From Pseudomonadota bacterium (GTDB taxonomy: Bacteria; Pseudomonadota; Alphaproteobacteria; Rhodobacterales; Rhodobacteraceae): DNA of 64,000 nucleotides. A program made the translations under genes and the position numbers. The stretch lies in assembly GCA_038528385.1 (NCBI GenBank), contig JBCBET010000008.1:68855-132854 (forward strand), read 5' to 3'. How positions within the stretch are numbered: the first letter of the stretch is position 1; the number at the start of each line of letters is the position of its first letter. Below the pieces are notes generated by a model. The model did not search any database and was not told where the DNA came from. It saw only the letters and a list, made by a program, of their open reading frames with translations. Shown here in pieces: positions 26,123 through 36,936 of the stretch.

Positions 26123-26944
26123 ATGGCTGTCACGGACCAAAAGCTGAGCACGTTCGATCCGGTCTGGGCCCGCGTCTGCGAGGACGGCCACGGGGCGATC
26201 CGGGAGGAGCCGATCCTCGGCGGGCTCATCCATTCGTCGATCCTGCACCATGACACGCTCGAGCATGCCTTGGCCTATCGCATCTCGCTGAAGCTCTCTT
26301 CCGCTGAGATGTCCGAACAGATCCTGCGTGAGATCGTGGACGAGGCCTTCGCGGCCTCCGAGGAGCTCGGCATGTCCGCGCGGGCCGACCTCGTCGCCGT
26401 GTACGAGCGCGATCCCGCCTGCCACCGGATGATCCAGCCGGTGCTTTATTTCAAGGGGTTCCAGGCGATCCAGGCCTATCGCGTGGCGCACTGGCTCTGG
26501 CAGTCCGGGCGCAAGGACCTGGCGTATTTCGTGCAGGCGCGTGTCTCGGAGGTCTTTGGCGTCGACATCCATCCCGGCGCGCGCATCGGGAAGGGGATCA
26601 TGATCGACCATGCCCATTCCATCGTCATCGGCGAGACGGCGGTGGTGGGCGACAACGTCTCCATGCTGCATTCGGTGACGCTCGGCGGGACGGGCAAGGA
26701 AGACGACGACCGGCACCCCAAGATCCGCGACGGCGTGCTGATCGGGGCGGGGGCAAAGGTGCTCGGCAATATCGAGATCGGCCATTGCAGCCGGATCGCG
26801 GCGGGCTCCGTCGTGCTCGACCCTGTGCCGCCCTGCAAGACGGTGGCAGGCGTTCCCGCGCGTATCGTGGGGGAGGCGGGCTGCGACCAGCCCTCCCAGC
26901 TCATGGATCATCTCCTGAGCGTGTCGGCGGGGCCGGACGCCTGA
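26123..26944 (+). CDS. cysE: Serine O-acetyltransferase
   Basis: N-terminal SATase helical domain (YERDPACHRMIQPVLYFKGFQAIQAYRVAHWLW) and hexapeptide repeats (GVDIHPGARIGKGIMIDHAHSIVIGETAVVGDNVSMLHSVTLGGTG). Confidence 0.92.
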   Translation: MAVTDQKLSTFDPVWARVCEDGHGAIREEPILGGLIHSSILHHDTLEHALAYRISLKLSSAEMSEQILREIVDEAFAASEELGMSARADLVAVYERDPACHRMIQPVLYFKGFQAIQAYRVAHWLWQSGRKDLAYFVQARVSEVFGVDIHPGARIGKGIMIDHAHSIVIGETAVVGDNVSMLHSVTLGGTGKEDDDRHPKIRDGVLIGAGAKVLGNIEIGHCSRIAAGSVVLDPVPPCKTVAGVPARIVGEAGCDQPSQLMDHLLSVSAGPDA

Positions 26945-26963
26945 GCGCCCGGCCACCCGGTCC

Positions 26964-28307
26964 CTAGGCCAGCATCGTCATCGGGTTCTCGAGGTTGTCC
27001 ACGATGTGCTGGAGAAGCTCTGCGCCGAGCGCGCCGTCAATCACCCGGTGATCCACGGAGAGCGTGACCGACATCACCGTCGCCACGCCGAGTTCTCCAT
27101 TATCTCCCACCACGGGCTGCTTCTTGCCCGCGCCGACCGCGAGGATCGCGCCGTGGGGCGGGTTTATGACGGCGTCGAAATTGTCGATGCCGAACATGCC
27201 AAGATTGGAGATCGCGAAGGAGCCGCCGACATATTCATGCGGCTTGAGCTTGCCGTCCCGCGCGCGGCTCGCGAGGTCCTTCATCTGCGCCGAGAGCGCC
27301 GAGAGCGACCGCTGATCGGCGTCCTGCAGGACCGGCGTGAAGAGCCCGCCGTCCACGGCTACCGCCACCGCGACATCCGAAGGCTTCAGCTTGATGATCC
27401 GGTCCCCGGCCCAGACGGCATTGGCATCGGGCACCGCCTGAAGCGCGAGTGCGCAGGCTTTGATGATGAAATCATTTACCGAAAGCTTCACCCCGCGCGA
27501 CTCCAGCTGCTTGTTGAGCTGGCTGCGGAACTTCAGGAGCGCGTCGAGCTTGATGTCGCGGCGCAGGTAGAAATGCGGGATCGTCTGCTTCGCCTCGGTG
27601 AGGCGGCTCGCGACCGTCTTCCGCATCCCGTTGAGGGCGACTTCCTCGGTCTCGCGACCCTCGAGCATCTTGCGGACCTGGTCGACATTCGGGCCTGTTG
27701 GCATCTCACCAGCGGGTGCGGCAGCCTTCGGGGCCTCCTTGGGCGCGTCAGCCGCAGCCGGGGCGGTCGCAGGTGCTGTCTCCGCATTCTCCACGTCCGC
27801 CTTCACGATCCGTCCATGCGGCCCGGACCCCTTGATCGCGCTCAGATCGAGGCCCTTATCCTTCGCGATCCGCCGCGCGAGAGGCGAAGCGAAGATGCGG
27901 TCCCCGCCCGAGGCCACGGGCGACGGCGCAGGCGCGGCGGCCACCGGCGAGGTCGTGCTGCCATCTGTTGCTGGCTCGCTTACGGCCTGTACGTCTTCGG
28001 ATGTGGGCGCGTCGGAGGCAGGCCGCACAGGCGTGCTCGCTCCTGCCGCGTCGGGCACGTCCTCGCCGTCCTCCACAAGGATCGCAATGGGCGCGTTGAC
28101 TTTCACGCCCTCGGTTCCCTCGGCGATCAGGATTTTCCCCATCACGCCCTCATCGACGGCCTCGAATTCCATGGTGGCCTTGTCGGTCTCGATTTCCGCG
28201 AGCAAGTCGCCGGAGGAGATCGTGTCACCCTCCTTCACGAGCCATTTCGCGAGCGTGCCTTCCTCCATCGTCGGCGAGAGGGCGGGCATCAGGATTTCGG
28301 TTGCCAT
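26964..28307 (-). CDS. pdhC: Pyruvate dehydrogenase E2 (dihydrolipoamide acetyltransferase)
   Basis: Lipoyl domain ([13 protein letters not shown]), E3-binding domain ([18 protein letters not shown]), catalytic domain ([10 protein letters not shown]). Confidence 0.93.
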   Translation of the reverse strand: MATEILMPALSPTMEEGTLAKWLVKEGDTISSGDLLAEIETDKATMEFEAVDEGVMGKILIAEGTEGVKVNAPIAILVEDGEDVPDAAGASTPVRPASDAPTSEDVQAVSEPATDGSTTSPVAAAPAPSPVASGGDRIFASPLARRIAKDKGLDLSAIKGSGPHGRIVKADVENAETAPATAPAAADAPKEAPKAAAPAGEMPTGPNVDQVRKMLEGRETEEVALNGMRKTVASRLTEAKQTIPHFYLRRDIKLDALLKFRSQLNKQLESRGVKLSVNDFIIKACALALQAVPDANAVWAGDRIIKLKPSDVAVAVAVDGGLFTPVLQDADQRSLSALSAQMKDLASRARDGKLKPHEYVGGSFAISNLGMFGIDNFDAVINPPHGAILAVGAGKKQPVVGDNGELGVATVMSVTLSVDHRVIDGALGAELLQHIVDNLENPMTMLA

Positions 28308-28320
28308 TCTGGGCTCTCCC

Positions 28321-28611
28321 TTACTGCACGGTGCCGCCCTGGAGCGGCTGCGTGGGGGCGTTGGCTTCGGCGTTGAAGATGTTGGCGATCTGGTGGAACG
28401 CCTCCTCTTCGCTGCCGTCAAACGAGGTCTGGGCGAGGGCGCGCGCCATGTGGCGCCCGATATCGGCGAGCATCACGCCCGCCTCGCCCGGATTGACGAG
28501 CTGCGCGGGATCGAGGTGAACGCTCACCGTCTCCTGCGCGTTCTCCACGCGGAGCGCGATGAGCATCGGGTTCTCGATGCTCACCGCCTCTTCTTTCTTC
28601 TTCCAGAACAT
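28321..28611 (-). CDS. Small conserved protein (DUF5076-like) embedded between pdhB and pdhC
   Basis: 96-aa ORF filling the pdhB-pdhC gap. ...[40 protein letters not shown]. The family assignment is from memory. Confidence 0.55.
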   Translation of the reverse strand: MFWKKKEEAVSIENPMLIALRVENAQETVSVHLDPAQLVNPGEAGVMLADIGRHMARALAQTSFDGSEEEAFHQIANIFNAEANAPTQPLQGGTVQ

Positions 28612-28621
28612 ACGCGGCCCC

Positions 28622-30001
28622 TTAGCGGTAGGTGACCTGGCGCACGGCCTCGAGCACCTCTGCGGTGCTGGTGAGCGCGTGCTTTTCCAGATTGGCCGCG
28701 TAGGGCATGGGCACGTCCTTGCCCGTGCAGTTGATGACCGGCGCGTCGAGGTAGTCGAAGGCGTGGGTCATGATGTAGGCGCTGAGGTGATTGCCCATCG
28801 ACGCCACGGGGAAGCCTTCTTCCACGGTCACCACGCGGTTCGTTTTCTGCACGGAGGCGATGATCGCTCCGTAATCGATGGGACGCAGCGTGCGCAGGTC
28901 GAGGACCTCCACGCTCACGCCCTCTTCGGCAAGCTTGTCAGCGGCTTCGAGCGCGTACCTCATCCCGATGCCGAAGCTGATGATGGTCACGTCCGTGCCC
29001 TCGCGCCAGATGCGCGCCTTCCCGAACGGGATGGTGAAATCATCCATCACCGGCACGTCGAAGGACTGCCCGTAGAGGATCTCGTTTTCGAGGAAGATCA
29101 CCGGGTTCGGGTCCCGGATGGCCGTCTTCAGGAGGCCCTTGGCATCCATGGCGGAGTAGGGCTGCACCACCTTGAGGCCGGGGACGGACGAATACCACGC
29201 CGCGTAATCCTGGCTGTGTTGCGCCGCCACGCGGGCGGCCGCGCCGTTCGGGCCGCGGAACACCATGGGCGCGCCCATCTGCCCGCCCGACATGTAAAGC
29301 GTCTTCGCCGCGGAGTTGATGATCTGGTCGATCGCCTGCATGGCGAAGTTGAACGTCATGAACTCCACGATGGGCCGCAGCCCACCGAAGGCCGCGCCCA
29401 CCGCGATCCCGGCAAAGCCGTGCTCGGTGATCGGCGTGTCGATGACCCGCTTCGACCCGAACTCGTCGAGCATGCCCTGGGACACCTTGTAGGCGCCCTG
29501 GTACTCGGCGACTTCCTCCCCCATCAGGTAGACGGCGTCGTCGCGGCGCATCTCCTCCGACATGGCGTCGCGGAGCGCTTCTCGCACGGTCTGTGCTTTA
29601 AACTCCGTGCCCTCGGGGACGTCGGGCTGCACCGCTTTCGATGCCACCGGCATGGCCGGCGTCGCTTCAGCGACTTTGCCTTCGCGACCGTTGAGCGCGC
29701 GCGGAGCAGGGGCGGTTTCTTCCTTGGGGGCCTCCACCTCGGCGGCGGAGGCATCCTCACCGTCCTCGAGCAGCACCGCGATGGGCGCGTTCACTTTCAC
29801 GCCTTCCGTTCCCTCGGACACGATAATCTTTCCCATCACGCCTTCATCGACGGCTTCGAATTCCATGGTCGCCTTGTCGGTTTCGATTTCGGCGAGGATC
29901 ATGCCGGATTCGATTGCATCGCCTTCTTTCACCAGCCACTTGGCCAGAGTGCCCTCCTCCATCGTGGGGGAGAGGGCGGGCATCAGGATTTCAGTCGCCA
30001 T
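28622..30001 (-). CDS. pdhB: Pyruvate dehydrogenase E1 beta subunit with N-terminal lipoyl domain
   Basis: N-terminal 84 aa are ~90% identical to the E2 lipoyl domain. Then a transketolase-like beta subunit ([19 protein letters not shown]...). Confidence 0.93.
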   Translation of the reverse strand: MATEILMPALSPTMEEGTLAKWLVKEGDAIESGMILAEIETDKATMEFEAVDEGVMGKIIVSEGTEGVKVNAPIAVLLEDGEDASAAEVEAPKEETAPAPRALNGREGKVAEATPAMPVASKAVQPDVPEGTEFKAQTVREALRDAMSEEMRRDDAVYLMGEEVAEYQGAYKVSQGMLDEFGSKRVIDTPITEHGFAGIAVGAAFGGLRPIVEFMTFNFAMQAIDQIINSAAKTLYMSGGQMGAPMVFRGPNGAAARVAAQHSQDYAAWYSSVPGLKVVQPYSAMDAKGLLKTAIRDPNPVIFLENEILYGQSFDVPVMDDFTIPFGKARIWREGTDVTIISFGIGMRYALEAADKLAEEGVSVEVLDLRTLRPIDYGAIIASVQKTNRVVTVEEGFPVASMGNHLSAYIMTHAFDYLDAPVINCTGKDVPMPYAANLEKHALTSTAEVLEAVRQVTYR

Positions 30002-31023
30002 TATGCCATCTCCTGCGGCGCTTCTTCTGCGTAGATGTCGGTCCAGAGCTCTTCGAGCGCGGGCTCGGGGCTCTCCTTGGAGAACTCGGCGGCGTCGTTC
30101 ACGACACCCTTGATCTCCTTGTCGATGGCCTTGAGGTCGTCCTCGCTGGCATGCTTGCCCGTCAGGAGCATCTGGCGGACGCTCTCGATCGGGTCGCGCT
30201 CGTCGCGCATCTTCTGCACCTCGTCGCGCGTCCGGTACTTCGCGGGGTCGGACATGGAATGCCCGCGGTAGCGGTAGGTCATGACCTCCAGGATATACGG
30301 GCCCTTGCCCGCACGGCAGTGCGCGATGGCCTTCTCGCCCGCTTCCTTCACCGCGAGCACGTCCATGCCGTCCACCGCTTCGCCCTCGATCCCGTAGGCC
30401 GCGCCACGCTCCCAGAGTGAGGGCGACTTGGTGGAGCGCTTCACGCTCGTGCCCATGGCGTACTGGTTGTTTTCGATGACGAAGATGACGGGCAGGTCCC
30501 AGAGCTCGGCCATGTTGTAGGTCTCGTAGACTTGGCCCTGGTTCGCGGCGCCGTCGCCGAAATAGGCGAAGGTGACGCGGTCGTTGCCCTTGTATTTGTC
30601 GGAGAAGGCGAGCCCTGCGCCGATGGGCACCTGTGCTGCGACGATGCCGTGACCGCCGTAGAAGTGCTTCTCCTTGGAGAACATGTGCATCGAGCCGCCC
30701 TTGCCCTTGGAGTAGCCGCCCTCGCGGCCCGTGAGCTCGGCCATGACGCCCTTGGGGTCCATGCCGCAGGCGAGCATGTGCCCGTGGTCGCGGTAGGAGG
30801 TGACGCGCTTGTCGCCCTCATCGGCAGCGGCCTCGAGGCCGACCACCACGGCTTCCTGCCCGATATAGAGGTGACAGAAGCCCCCGATGAGGCCCATCCC
30901 GTAGAGCTGACCGGCCTTCTCCTCGAAGCGGCGGATCAGAAGCATCTCGCGGTAATGGTTGAGCAATTCGTCCTTCGAGACGTTGGCGCCCTTCTTGGCT
31001 GCAGCGGTCTTGCGCGTGGCCAT
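30001..31023 (-). CDS. pdhA: Pyruvate dehydrogenase E1 alpha subunit
   Basis: [31 protein letters not shown]..., ThDP motif [12 protein letters not shown]. Confidence 0.93.
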   Translation of the reverse strand: MATRKTAAAKKGANVSKDELLNHYREMLLIRRFEEKAGQLYGMGLIGGFCHLYIGQEAVVVGLEAAADEGDKRVTSYRDHGHMLACGMDPKGVMAELTGREGGYSKGKGGSMHMFSKEKHFYGGHGIVAAQVPIGAGLAFSDKYKGNDRVTFAYFGDGAANQGQVYETYNMAELWDLPVIFVIENNQYAMGTSVKRSTKSPSLWERGAAYGIEGEAVDGMDVLAVKEAGEKAIAHCRAGKGPYILEVMTYRYRGHSMSDPAKYRTRDEVQKMRDERDPIESVRQMLLTGKHASEDDLKAIDKEIKGVVNDAAEFSKESPEPALEELWTDIYAEEAPQEMA

Positions 31024-31039
31024 CGGCTCCTCCCAAATG

Positions 31040-31053
31040 GTTTAACGTTAAAC
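31040..31053. promoter_or_regulatory. Perfect 14-bp palindrome GTTTAACGTTAAAC in the pdhA leader
   Basis: Lies immediately upstream of the GGAGG RBS of pdhA (minus strand). It is AT-rich in a GC-rich context. Confidence 0.4.
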
Positions 31054-31164
31054 TACCCCGTACCCGATTCACGACGCAGCGTTAACCCACGACATGTTGG
31101 ACGCCGCAATGCACCGGCTGCATGGCTCGGATGTCGGATTTCGGGGGGATGAGCGGCGAATGCC

Positions 31165-31467
31165 CTATTCGACGACCACCTCGTCGGCGCGGATGAGGCC
31201 CAGAACATCGCGGGCCTGTTCGTCGAGAAGATCGAGGTCAAGGTACGTATCGGACAGCCTTTTGGTCTTGTTCTCTAGAACGGCGATCTCGGCGGAGAGT
31301 TCCGCGAATTCGTCGCCGAGCATGCGCGCCTCCGCGTCCACCTCCGCGCGTTTCAAGAGACCGAAATCCCCTTGCACCGCGGCGAAGGTGAAATAGGCGC
31401 TGAGTGCGATACACGCCGTCAGGTAAGCCAGCGCGCCGAGCGCTGGGGTCGTGCGAGATGGGGTCAT
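31165..31467 (-). CDS. ftsB: Septum formation initiator (FtsB/DivIC family)
   Basis: TM helix LGALAYLTACIALSAYFTFAAV followed by a coiled coil (LLKRAEVDAEARML...IAVLENKTKRL). Start placed at internal ATG 31467. Confidence 0.75.
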   Translation of the reverse strand: MTPSRTTPALGALAYLTACIALSAYFTFAAVQGDFGLLKRAEVDAEARMLGDEFAELSAEIAVLENKTKRLSDTYLDLDLLDEQARDVLGLIRADEVVVE

Positions 31468-31579
31468 GGCTGCCTCATGGGCCTCTTTCGGGCCGTTTCG
31501 CACACCATGCCACAGGTGATTCGCCCTGTGAATCCCCTTTTCCCGCGGGCCACGCTTCCCCTCAGTCATGGGGCGGTCG

Positions 31580-32464
31580 TCAGGCTATGGAGGCCCGGTA
31601 GATCGAATCGATCGTGTCACCGATCGTGGCGTTGAAGTCGTCGTCGCTCTGCTGCGCGCTCAGGCCTTCGGTGAGCGCGCGGGAAAAGCTCGCGATCATG
31701 CCGGCGTTCTTCGACAGCCGCGCATTGGCCTCGTCCCGCGAATACCCGCCCGACAGCGCCACGACGCTCATGACCTTGTCATGGGCGATGAGCGGCGCGT
31801 AGTGGCCCGGTGTCTCGGGCAGCGTGAGCTTGAGCATGATCTCCTGCGGTTCGTGGTCGAGACGGGCGAGGATCGCCGCGCGCAGCATCTCCTCGGCTTC
31901 GGCCTTGTCGGGGATGGAGATCGTGATCTCCGGCTCCAGGATCGGAACGAGGCCGTGCGCGGCGATCTGCGCGCCGAAGGCGAATTGCTGCTCCACGATG
32001 GCGGCGATGCCCGCCTCGTTGGCCGCGTTGATGACCGAGCGCATCTTCGTTCCGAAGACACCCTTCTCCACCGCGCGCTTGCAGAGATCGTCGAGGTCGG
32101 GGATCGGTTTCATCAACTGCACGCCGTCCGCTTCGGCCTCCAGACCCTTGTCCACCTTGAGGAACGGAACCACGCCCTGGTCTTCCCAGAGATAGGCCGC
32201 GCTGTCCTTGCCGTTCATCTGACGGTCCATGGTCTTCTCGAAAAGGATGGCGCCCACGACCTTCTCCCCGTTGAAGGCCGGCGCCTCCACGATGCGCGTC
32301 CGCATCTGGTGGATGAGATCGAACATCTCCTCATCGCCGTCGAACGCATCCTCCTCGATCCCGTAGAGCTTCAGCGCCTTCGGCGTGGAGCCTCCCGATT
32401 GGTCGAGCGCGGCGATGAAGCCTTGTCCGGCACGGATTTTGGCGGCTTGGGTCTCGTTCGGCAT
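31580..32464 (-). CDS. fba: Fructose-bisphosphate aldolase, class I
   Basis: GFIAALDQSGGSTPKALKLYG...PFLKVDKGL...ILEPEI (class I type). Confidence 0.88.
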   Translation of the reverse strand: MPNETQAAKIRAGQGFIAALDQSGGSTPKALKLYGIEEDAFDGDEEMFDLIHQMRTRIVEAPAFNGEKVVGAILFEKTMDRQMNGKDSAAYLWEDQGVVPFLKVDKGLEAEADGVQLMKPIPDLDDLCKRAVEKGVFGTKMRSVINAANEAGIAAIVEQQFAFGAQIAAHGLVPILEPEITISIPDKAEAEEMLRAAILARLDHEPQEIMLKLTLPETPGHYAPLIAHDKVMSVVALSGGYSRDEANARLSKNAGMIASFSRALTEGLSAQQSDDDFNATIGDTIDSIYRASIA

Positions 32465-32552
32465 GTCGGTCTCCTTGGCAGTCAAGGGCGGGGTACGCGC
32501 CCGCGCTGCGGGTTTCAATCATGGGTGCGCTAACGGCCCCTCCTGCGGGGCC

Positions 32553-33725
32553 TCAGCCGAGCGCGGCCACGCCCGGCAGCGTCTTGCCTTCCATCCATTC
32601 GAGGAATGCGCCGCCCGCCGTGGAGACGTAGCTGAACCGCGTCGCCGCGCCCGCCTGGTTGAGCGCGGCCACGGTGTCCCCGCCGCCCGCGACGGAGGTG
32701 AGCTTGCCCATTGCGGTGAGCGTTGCAGCGGCCTCGGCGGCGGCATTGGTGGCCGCGTCGAACGGCGCGATCTCGAAGGCGCCGAGCGGCCCGTTCCAGA
32801 TGAGCGTCTTGGCCGAACCGAAGACCTCGCCCAGCTTGGCGACCGTCTCTGGCCCGGCATCGAGGATCATGGCGTCGTCGGGGCAGCCCTCCACCGGCAG
32901 CGTCTCATGCGCCGCGCCCGCCGCGAAGTCACGGGCAACGACGATGTCGCTGGGCAAATGGATCGTACAGCCCGCCGCCGAAGCTTTCTCCATGATCTCC
33001 CGCGCCGTGGGCGCCATGTCGTGCTCGGCCAGGCTCTTGCCCACGCCCACGCCCTGCGCGGCGAGGAAGGTGTTGGCCATGCCGCCGCCGATCACGAGGT
33101 GATCGACCCGGCCCACGAGGTTGCCCAGCAGATCGAGCTTCGTGGAGACCTTCGCCCCACCCACCACGGCCACCACCGGGCGCTCCGGGCTGCCGAGGGC
33201 CGCCTCCAGCGCCTTGAGCTCGGCCTCCATGAGCCGCCCCGCGCAGGAGGGCAGGTGATGCGCCACGCCCTCTGTGGAGGCATGGGCGCGATGGGCGGCG
33301 GAGAAGGCATCGTTGCAGTAGATGTCGCCCAGGGAGGCGAGGAACTGCGCCATGCGCGGGTCGTTGGCCTCCTCCATGTCCGCAAAGCGCGTGTTCTCCA
33401 CGAGGATCACCCGGCCCGTATTGGCGTCGAGGAAGTCCCGGCTGGGCCGTTCTACGAAGAGCACCTCCTCCCCGAGGGCCGCGGTGAGAGCGGGTACGAG
33501 CTGGCGCAGGGACAATGTGGGATCGGGCTTGCCTTTGGGCCGCCCGAAATGCGCCAGAAGCACCGGCGTGCCCCCCTGCGCGAGGATATGGCGCACCGTC
33601 GGCACGATCCGTTCGATGCGCGTGGCATCCGTCACCACGCCGTCCTGCATGGGCACGTTGATGTCCACGCGGGTCAGGACGATCTTTCCCCCCAACTCCA
33701 TCTCGTCGAGCGTTTTCCAGGCCAT
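32553..33725 (-). CDS. pgk: Phosphoglycerate kinase
   Basis: [10 protein letters not shown]..., [36 protein letters not shown]. Confidence 0.95.
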   Translation of the reverse strand: MAWKTLDEMELGGKIVLTRVDINVPMQDGVVTDATRIERIVPTVRHILAQGGTPVLLAHFGRPKGKPDPTLSLRQLVPALTAALGEEVLFVERPSRDFLDANTGRVILVENTRFADMEEANDPRMAQFLASLGDIYCNDAFSAAHRAHASTEGVAHHLPSCAGRLMEAELKALEAALGSPERPVVAVVGGAKVSTKLDLLGNLVGRVDHLVIGGGMANTFLAAQGVGVGKSLAEHDMAPTAREIMEKASAAGCTIHLPSDIVVARDFAAGAAHETLPVEGCPDDAMILDAGPETVAKLGEVFGSAKTLIWNGPLGAFEIAPFDAATNAAAEAAATLTAMGKLTSVAGGGDTVAALNQAGAATRFSYVSTAGGAFLEWMEGKTLPGVAALG

Positions 33726-33840
33726 GGTGCGTCCTCCCTTTCGGGAGTGTTAGCAGACCATCCCGGCGAAAACATCAAGGACCCTTTCCCTCCCCCGGTG
33801 CACGCCCTAGGGTCCGCGCCGACAAAGACAGGAGAGCCAG

Positions 33841-34347
33841 ATGGCCGAGATCAAAGACCCCGAGAACACGATCCTCATGGAGCTGAAGGGCGGCACCGTC
33901 ACCATCGCGCTCCTGCCCGATGTGGCGCCGGAGCATGTGGCCCGGATGAAGGAGCTCGCCCGCGAAGGGGCCTATGACAACGTGGCCTTCCACCGCGTGA
34001 TCGACGGCTTCATGGCGCAGACGGGCGACGTGGCCAACGGCAACATGGAGCAGGATTTCAACATCCGCATGGCGGGCACCGGCGGCTCCGACAAGCCCGA
34101 TCTGCCGGCCGAATTCTCCAAGGTGCCCCATGCACGCGGGTCGCTCGGCGCCGCGCGGAGCCAGAACCCCAACTCCGCCAACTCGCAGTTCTTCATCAAC
34201 TTCAAGGACAACGATTTCCTCAACGGGCAATACACAGTCTACGGCCAGGTCATCGAGGGTATGGAGCATGTGGACGCCATCGCCCGGGGCGAACCGCCGA
34301 TGAACCCCGACCGGATGATTTCCGTGAAGGTGGCCGCCGATGCGTAG
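33841..34347 (+). CDS. ppiB: Peptidyl-prolyl cis-trans isomerase (cyclophilin, cytoplasmic)
   Basis: FHRVIDGFMAQTGD...ANSQFFINF...FLNGQYTVYGQV. Confidence 0.9.
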   Translation: MAEIKDPENTILMELKGGTVTIALLPDVAPEHVARMKELAREGAYDNVAFHRVIDGFMAQTGDVANGNMEQDFNIRMAGTGGSDKPDLPAEFSKVPHARGSLGAARSQNPNSANSQFFINFKDNDFLNGQYTVYGQVIEGMEHVDAIARGEPPMNPDRMISVKVAADA

Positions 34348-34894
34348 CCTGGCATTCACGCTCGGCCTCGGCCTCCTCGCCGCGCCCGCCGCCGCCACGG
34401 GGATCGAGATCGACGTCGAGGGCGCCTTCACCCAGGGCACGATCACGATCGATCTCTTCGAAGAGGTCGCGCCCAACCATGTGGCCCAGATCACCGCGCT
34501 GGCCGAGCAGGGGTTCTACGACGATGTCTACTTCCACCGCGTGATCGACGGCTTCATGGCGCAGACGGGCGATGGCGAGTTCGGCACTGTGGGCGGGGAC
34601 CCGCGGCGCGCGGGCACCGGCGGCTCGGACCTCGACGACATAGACGCCGAGTTCTCCGACCTCCCCTTCGTGCGGGGCACTGTGGGCATGGCGCGCAGCC
34701 AGAACCCCGACAGCGCCAACAGCCAGTTCTTCATCATGTTCGCCGAGGGGGACTTCCTCAACGGCCAGTACACCGTGGTGGGAGAGGTGACGGCGGGCCT
34801 CGAGGTGCTCGACGCCATCAAGCGCGGCGATGGCTCCACGCTCCAGATCACGGGCAAACCGGACCACATGTCCGCCGTTCGGGTCACGGAGTAG
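34340..34894 (+). CDS. ppiA: Peptidyl-prolyl cis-trans isomerase (cyclophilin, with signal peptide)
   Basis: MRSLAFTLGLGLLAAPAAA signal peptide. FHRVIDGFMAQTGD...ANSQFFIMF. Confidence 0.88.
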   Translation: MRSLAFTLGLGLLAAPAAATGIEIDVEGAFTQGTITIDLFEEVAPNHVAQITALAEQGFYDDVYFHRVIDGFMAQTGDGEFGTVGGDPRRAGTGGSDLDDIDAEFSDLPFVRGTVGMARSQNPDSANSQFFIMFAEGDFLNGQYTVVGEVTAGLEVLDAIKRGDGSTLQITGKPDHMSAVRVTE

Positions 34895-35053
34895 CCCCGG
34901 CAGACAACACCCTTCGAAGGCCGATGCCGCCCTTCGAAGGGCGTTTGCGCTCTCGGCGGCCGAGGGGCCTCGCCGCGTCACAAGCGCGTGTGGTGGGCTA
35001 GGCTCGGCTGCGACATTCTGGCAAGCCATGGGCGACGTCCAGGGAGGGGAACC

Positions 35054-36052
35054 ATGCGCCACGTTCTATGCTCGCTCGCGCTCGCGGGCCTGACGCTCAC
35101 GCCAGCCGCGCTTCTCGCGCAAGCGCCCGCGGAGGCCGCCCCGCAATTCTGGTCCGTGGAGTGGGGCGACACCGATTTCTCCAACAACACGCTCGAGAGC
35201 TGGACGGAAGTGATGTCCGGCGGGCCGCCCAAGGATGGCATCCCCTCCATCGAGAACCCGAACTTCCAGTCCGTGGCCGAGGAGACCGAGATCGGCGACC
35301 GCGAGCCCGTCATCACCGTGGAGCTGGAGGGGGCCGTGCCGCGCGCCTATCCCATCCGCTACCTGACCTGGCATGAGATCGTGAACGACGAGGTGGCCGG
35401 CATCCCCATCGCCGTCACCTTCTGCCCGCTCTGCAATTCCGGCATCACCTTCGACCGGCGGGTGCGGGGGCAGGTCCTCGAATTCGGCGTCTCGGGCAAG
35501 CTCCGCAACTCCGACATGATCATGTATGACCGCCAGACGCAGAGCTGGTGGCAGCAGGCCGTGGGCGAGGGGATCGTGGGGGAGATGACGGGCGTCGAGC
35601 TCGCCACGCTGCCCACCTGGATGGAAAGCTGGGCGGAATTCAAGGCCCGCAACCCCGAAGGCGCCGTCATGATGGAGCCCACGGGCTTCAACCGTGCCTA
35701 CGGCCAGAACCCCTACGTGAACTACGACAGCTCGCGGCGGCCCTTCCTCTACAGCGGAGAGAACCCGCCCCACGGCATCAATCCCCTCGTGCGCGTCGTG
35801 CGCGTGGGCGACCGCGCCTGGCCCCTGACGCGGCTTTCCGAGGAAGGCGAGATCGTGGAGGCGGGCGTGCGCATGACGTGGCGCGCGGGGCAGGCGTCGG
35901 CCCTCGATGCCCGCTCAATCGCCGAGAGCCGCGACGTGGGCACCGTGCGCGTCTTCGACGCCGAAACCGGCGAAAATCTGGCGCATGACGTGATGTTCGC
36001 CTTCGCCTACCACGCCTTCTGGCCGGACGGGGCGTGGATGCTCGGCTCCTAG
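35054..36052 (+). CDS. DUF3179 domain protein (secreted)
   Basis: Signal peptide MRHVLCSLALAGLTLTPAALLAQA. DUF3179 core PKDGIPSI...VTFCPLCNSG...GKLRNSDMIMYDRQTQSWWQQ. Confidence 0.8.
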   Translation: MRHVLCSLALAGLTLTPAALLAQAPAEAAPQFWSVEWGDTDFSNNTLESWTEVMSGGPPKDGIPSIENPNFQSVAEETEIGDREPVITVELEGAVPRAYPIRYLTWHEIVNDEVAGIPIAVTFCPLCNSGITFDRRVRGQVLEFGVSGKLRNSDMIMYDRQTQSWWQQAVGEGIVGEMTGVELATLPTWMESWAEFKARNPEGAVMMEPTGFNRAYGQNPYVNYDSSRRPFLYSGENPPHGINPLVRVVRVGDRAWPLTRLSEEGEIVEAGVRMTWRAGQASALDARSIAESRDVGTVRVFDAETGENLAHDVMFAFAYHAFWPDGAWMLGS

Positions 36053-36113
36053 GGACGCTTGCATTCCCGGGGCGCTCGGCTAGCACTGCGGCAGACGTCG
36101 CGAAGGAGCCCCC

Positions 36114-36866
36114 ATGGAAATCAGAGCCAACTATCCCAGCCTCGTGGGGCAAACCGTCCTGCTCACCGGTGGCGCGTCGGGCATCGGCGCCGACATCGTC
36201 CGCGGTTTCACGCAGCAGGACGCCCGCGTGGGTTTCGTCGATTTCGACGCCGAGGGGGCCGCAGCGCGGGCCGATGAGACCGGCGCGATCTACGAGGTGG
36301 CCGACCTGCGCGATATCGCGGCGCTCAAGCGCGCCTTCGCCAACCTCATCGCGAAGCTCGGGCCGCCGAAGGTGCTCGTCAACAACGCCGCCCGCGATGA
36401 CCGGCACGGGTGGGAGACGGTGACGGAGGAATACTACGACGAGCGCATCGCCGCCAATCTGCGCCACATGTTCTTTGCCACGCAGGCCTGCGCGCCCGTG
36501 ATGATCGAGGCGGGGCGCGGCGGGTCCATCGTCAACATGGGCTCCAACAGCTGGTGGGAGAGCTCGGGCGGGATGCCCGTCTACACCACCTCGAAGGCCG
36601 CCGTGCACGGCATGACGCGAAGCTTCGCGCGCGATCTCGGCCCCCACCGCATCCGCGTGAACACGGTGGTGCCGGGCTGGATCATGACCGACCGGCAAAA
36701 GGAGCTTTGGGTGACGGAGGAGGCGCTGAAGGCGCATCTCGCCAACCAGTGCACGCCCGACCCGATCCAGCCTTCCGAGGTGGCAGAGATGGTGATGTTC
36801 CTCGCCTCGGACGCCGCAAGTGCCTGCACGGCGTCGAACTTCTTCGTCGAGGCCGGCAGCGTCTGA
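36114..36866 (+). CDS. SDR-family oxidoreductase
   Basis: TGGASGIGADI, NNAA, YTTSKAA catalytic motif. Confidence 0.85.
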   Translation: MEIRANYPSLVGQTVLLTGGASGIGADIVRGFTQQDARVGFVDFDAEGAAARADETGAIYEVADLRDIAALKRAFANLIAKLGPPKVLVNNAARDDRHGWETVTEEYYDERIAANLRHMFFATQACAPVMIEAGRGGSIVNMGSNSWWESSGGMPVYTTSKAAVHGMTRSFARDLGPHRIRVNTVVPGWIMTDRQKELWVTEEALKAHLANQCTPDPIQPSEVAEMVMFLASDAASACTASNFFVEAGSV

Positions 36867-36936
36867 CGCAACGGCGCGCTGGCTTGGGGCAGGGGCCCCG
36901 GCTAATTGACGCGCGGGTCAATTTCGGGAGGACACC

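Noticed and set aside
28058-30001. ~250-bp near-duplicate sequences at the 5' ends of pdhC (28058-28307) and pdhB (29752-30001) as a recent duplication or mobile repeat
   Set aside because: They encode the lipoyl domains of E2 and of the alphaproteobacterial-type E1-beta. This is a known domain architecture. Synonymous differences between the copies are consistent with ordinary paralogous domains, perhaps with some gene conversion.
28559-30034. 491-aa plus-strand ORF across pdhB, and similar long ORFs at 27006..28376, 40573..42303, 52481..54805, 55422..57035, 58144..59733, 59696..61195 and 31568..33977
   Set aside because: Each is antisense to, or out of frame with, a gene that carries unambiguous family signatures. 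All share His/Arg/Gly/Asp-rich artefactual composition.
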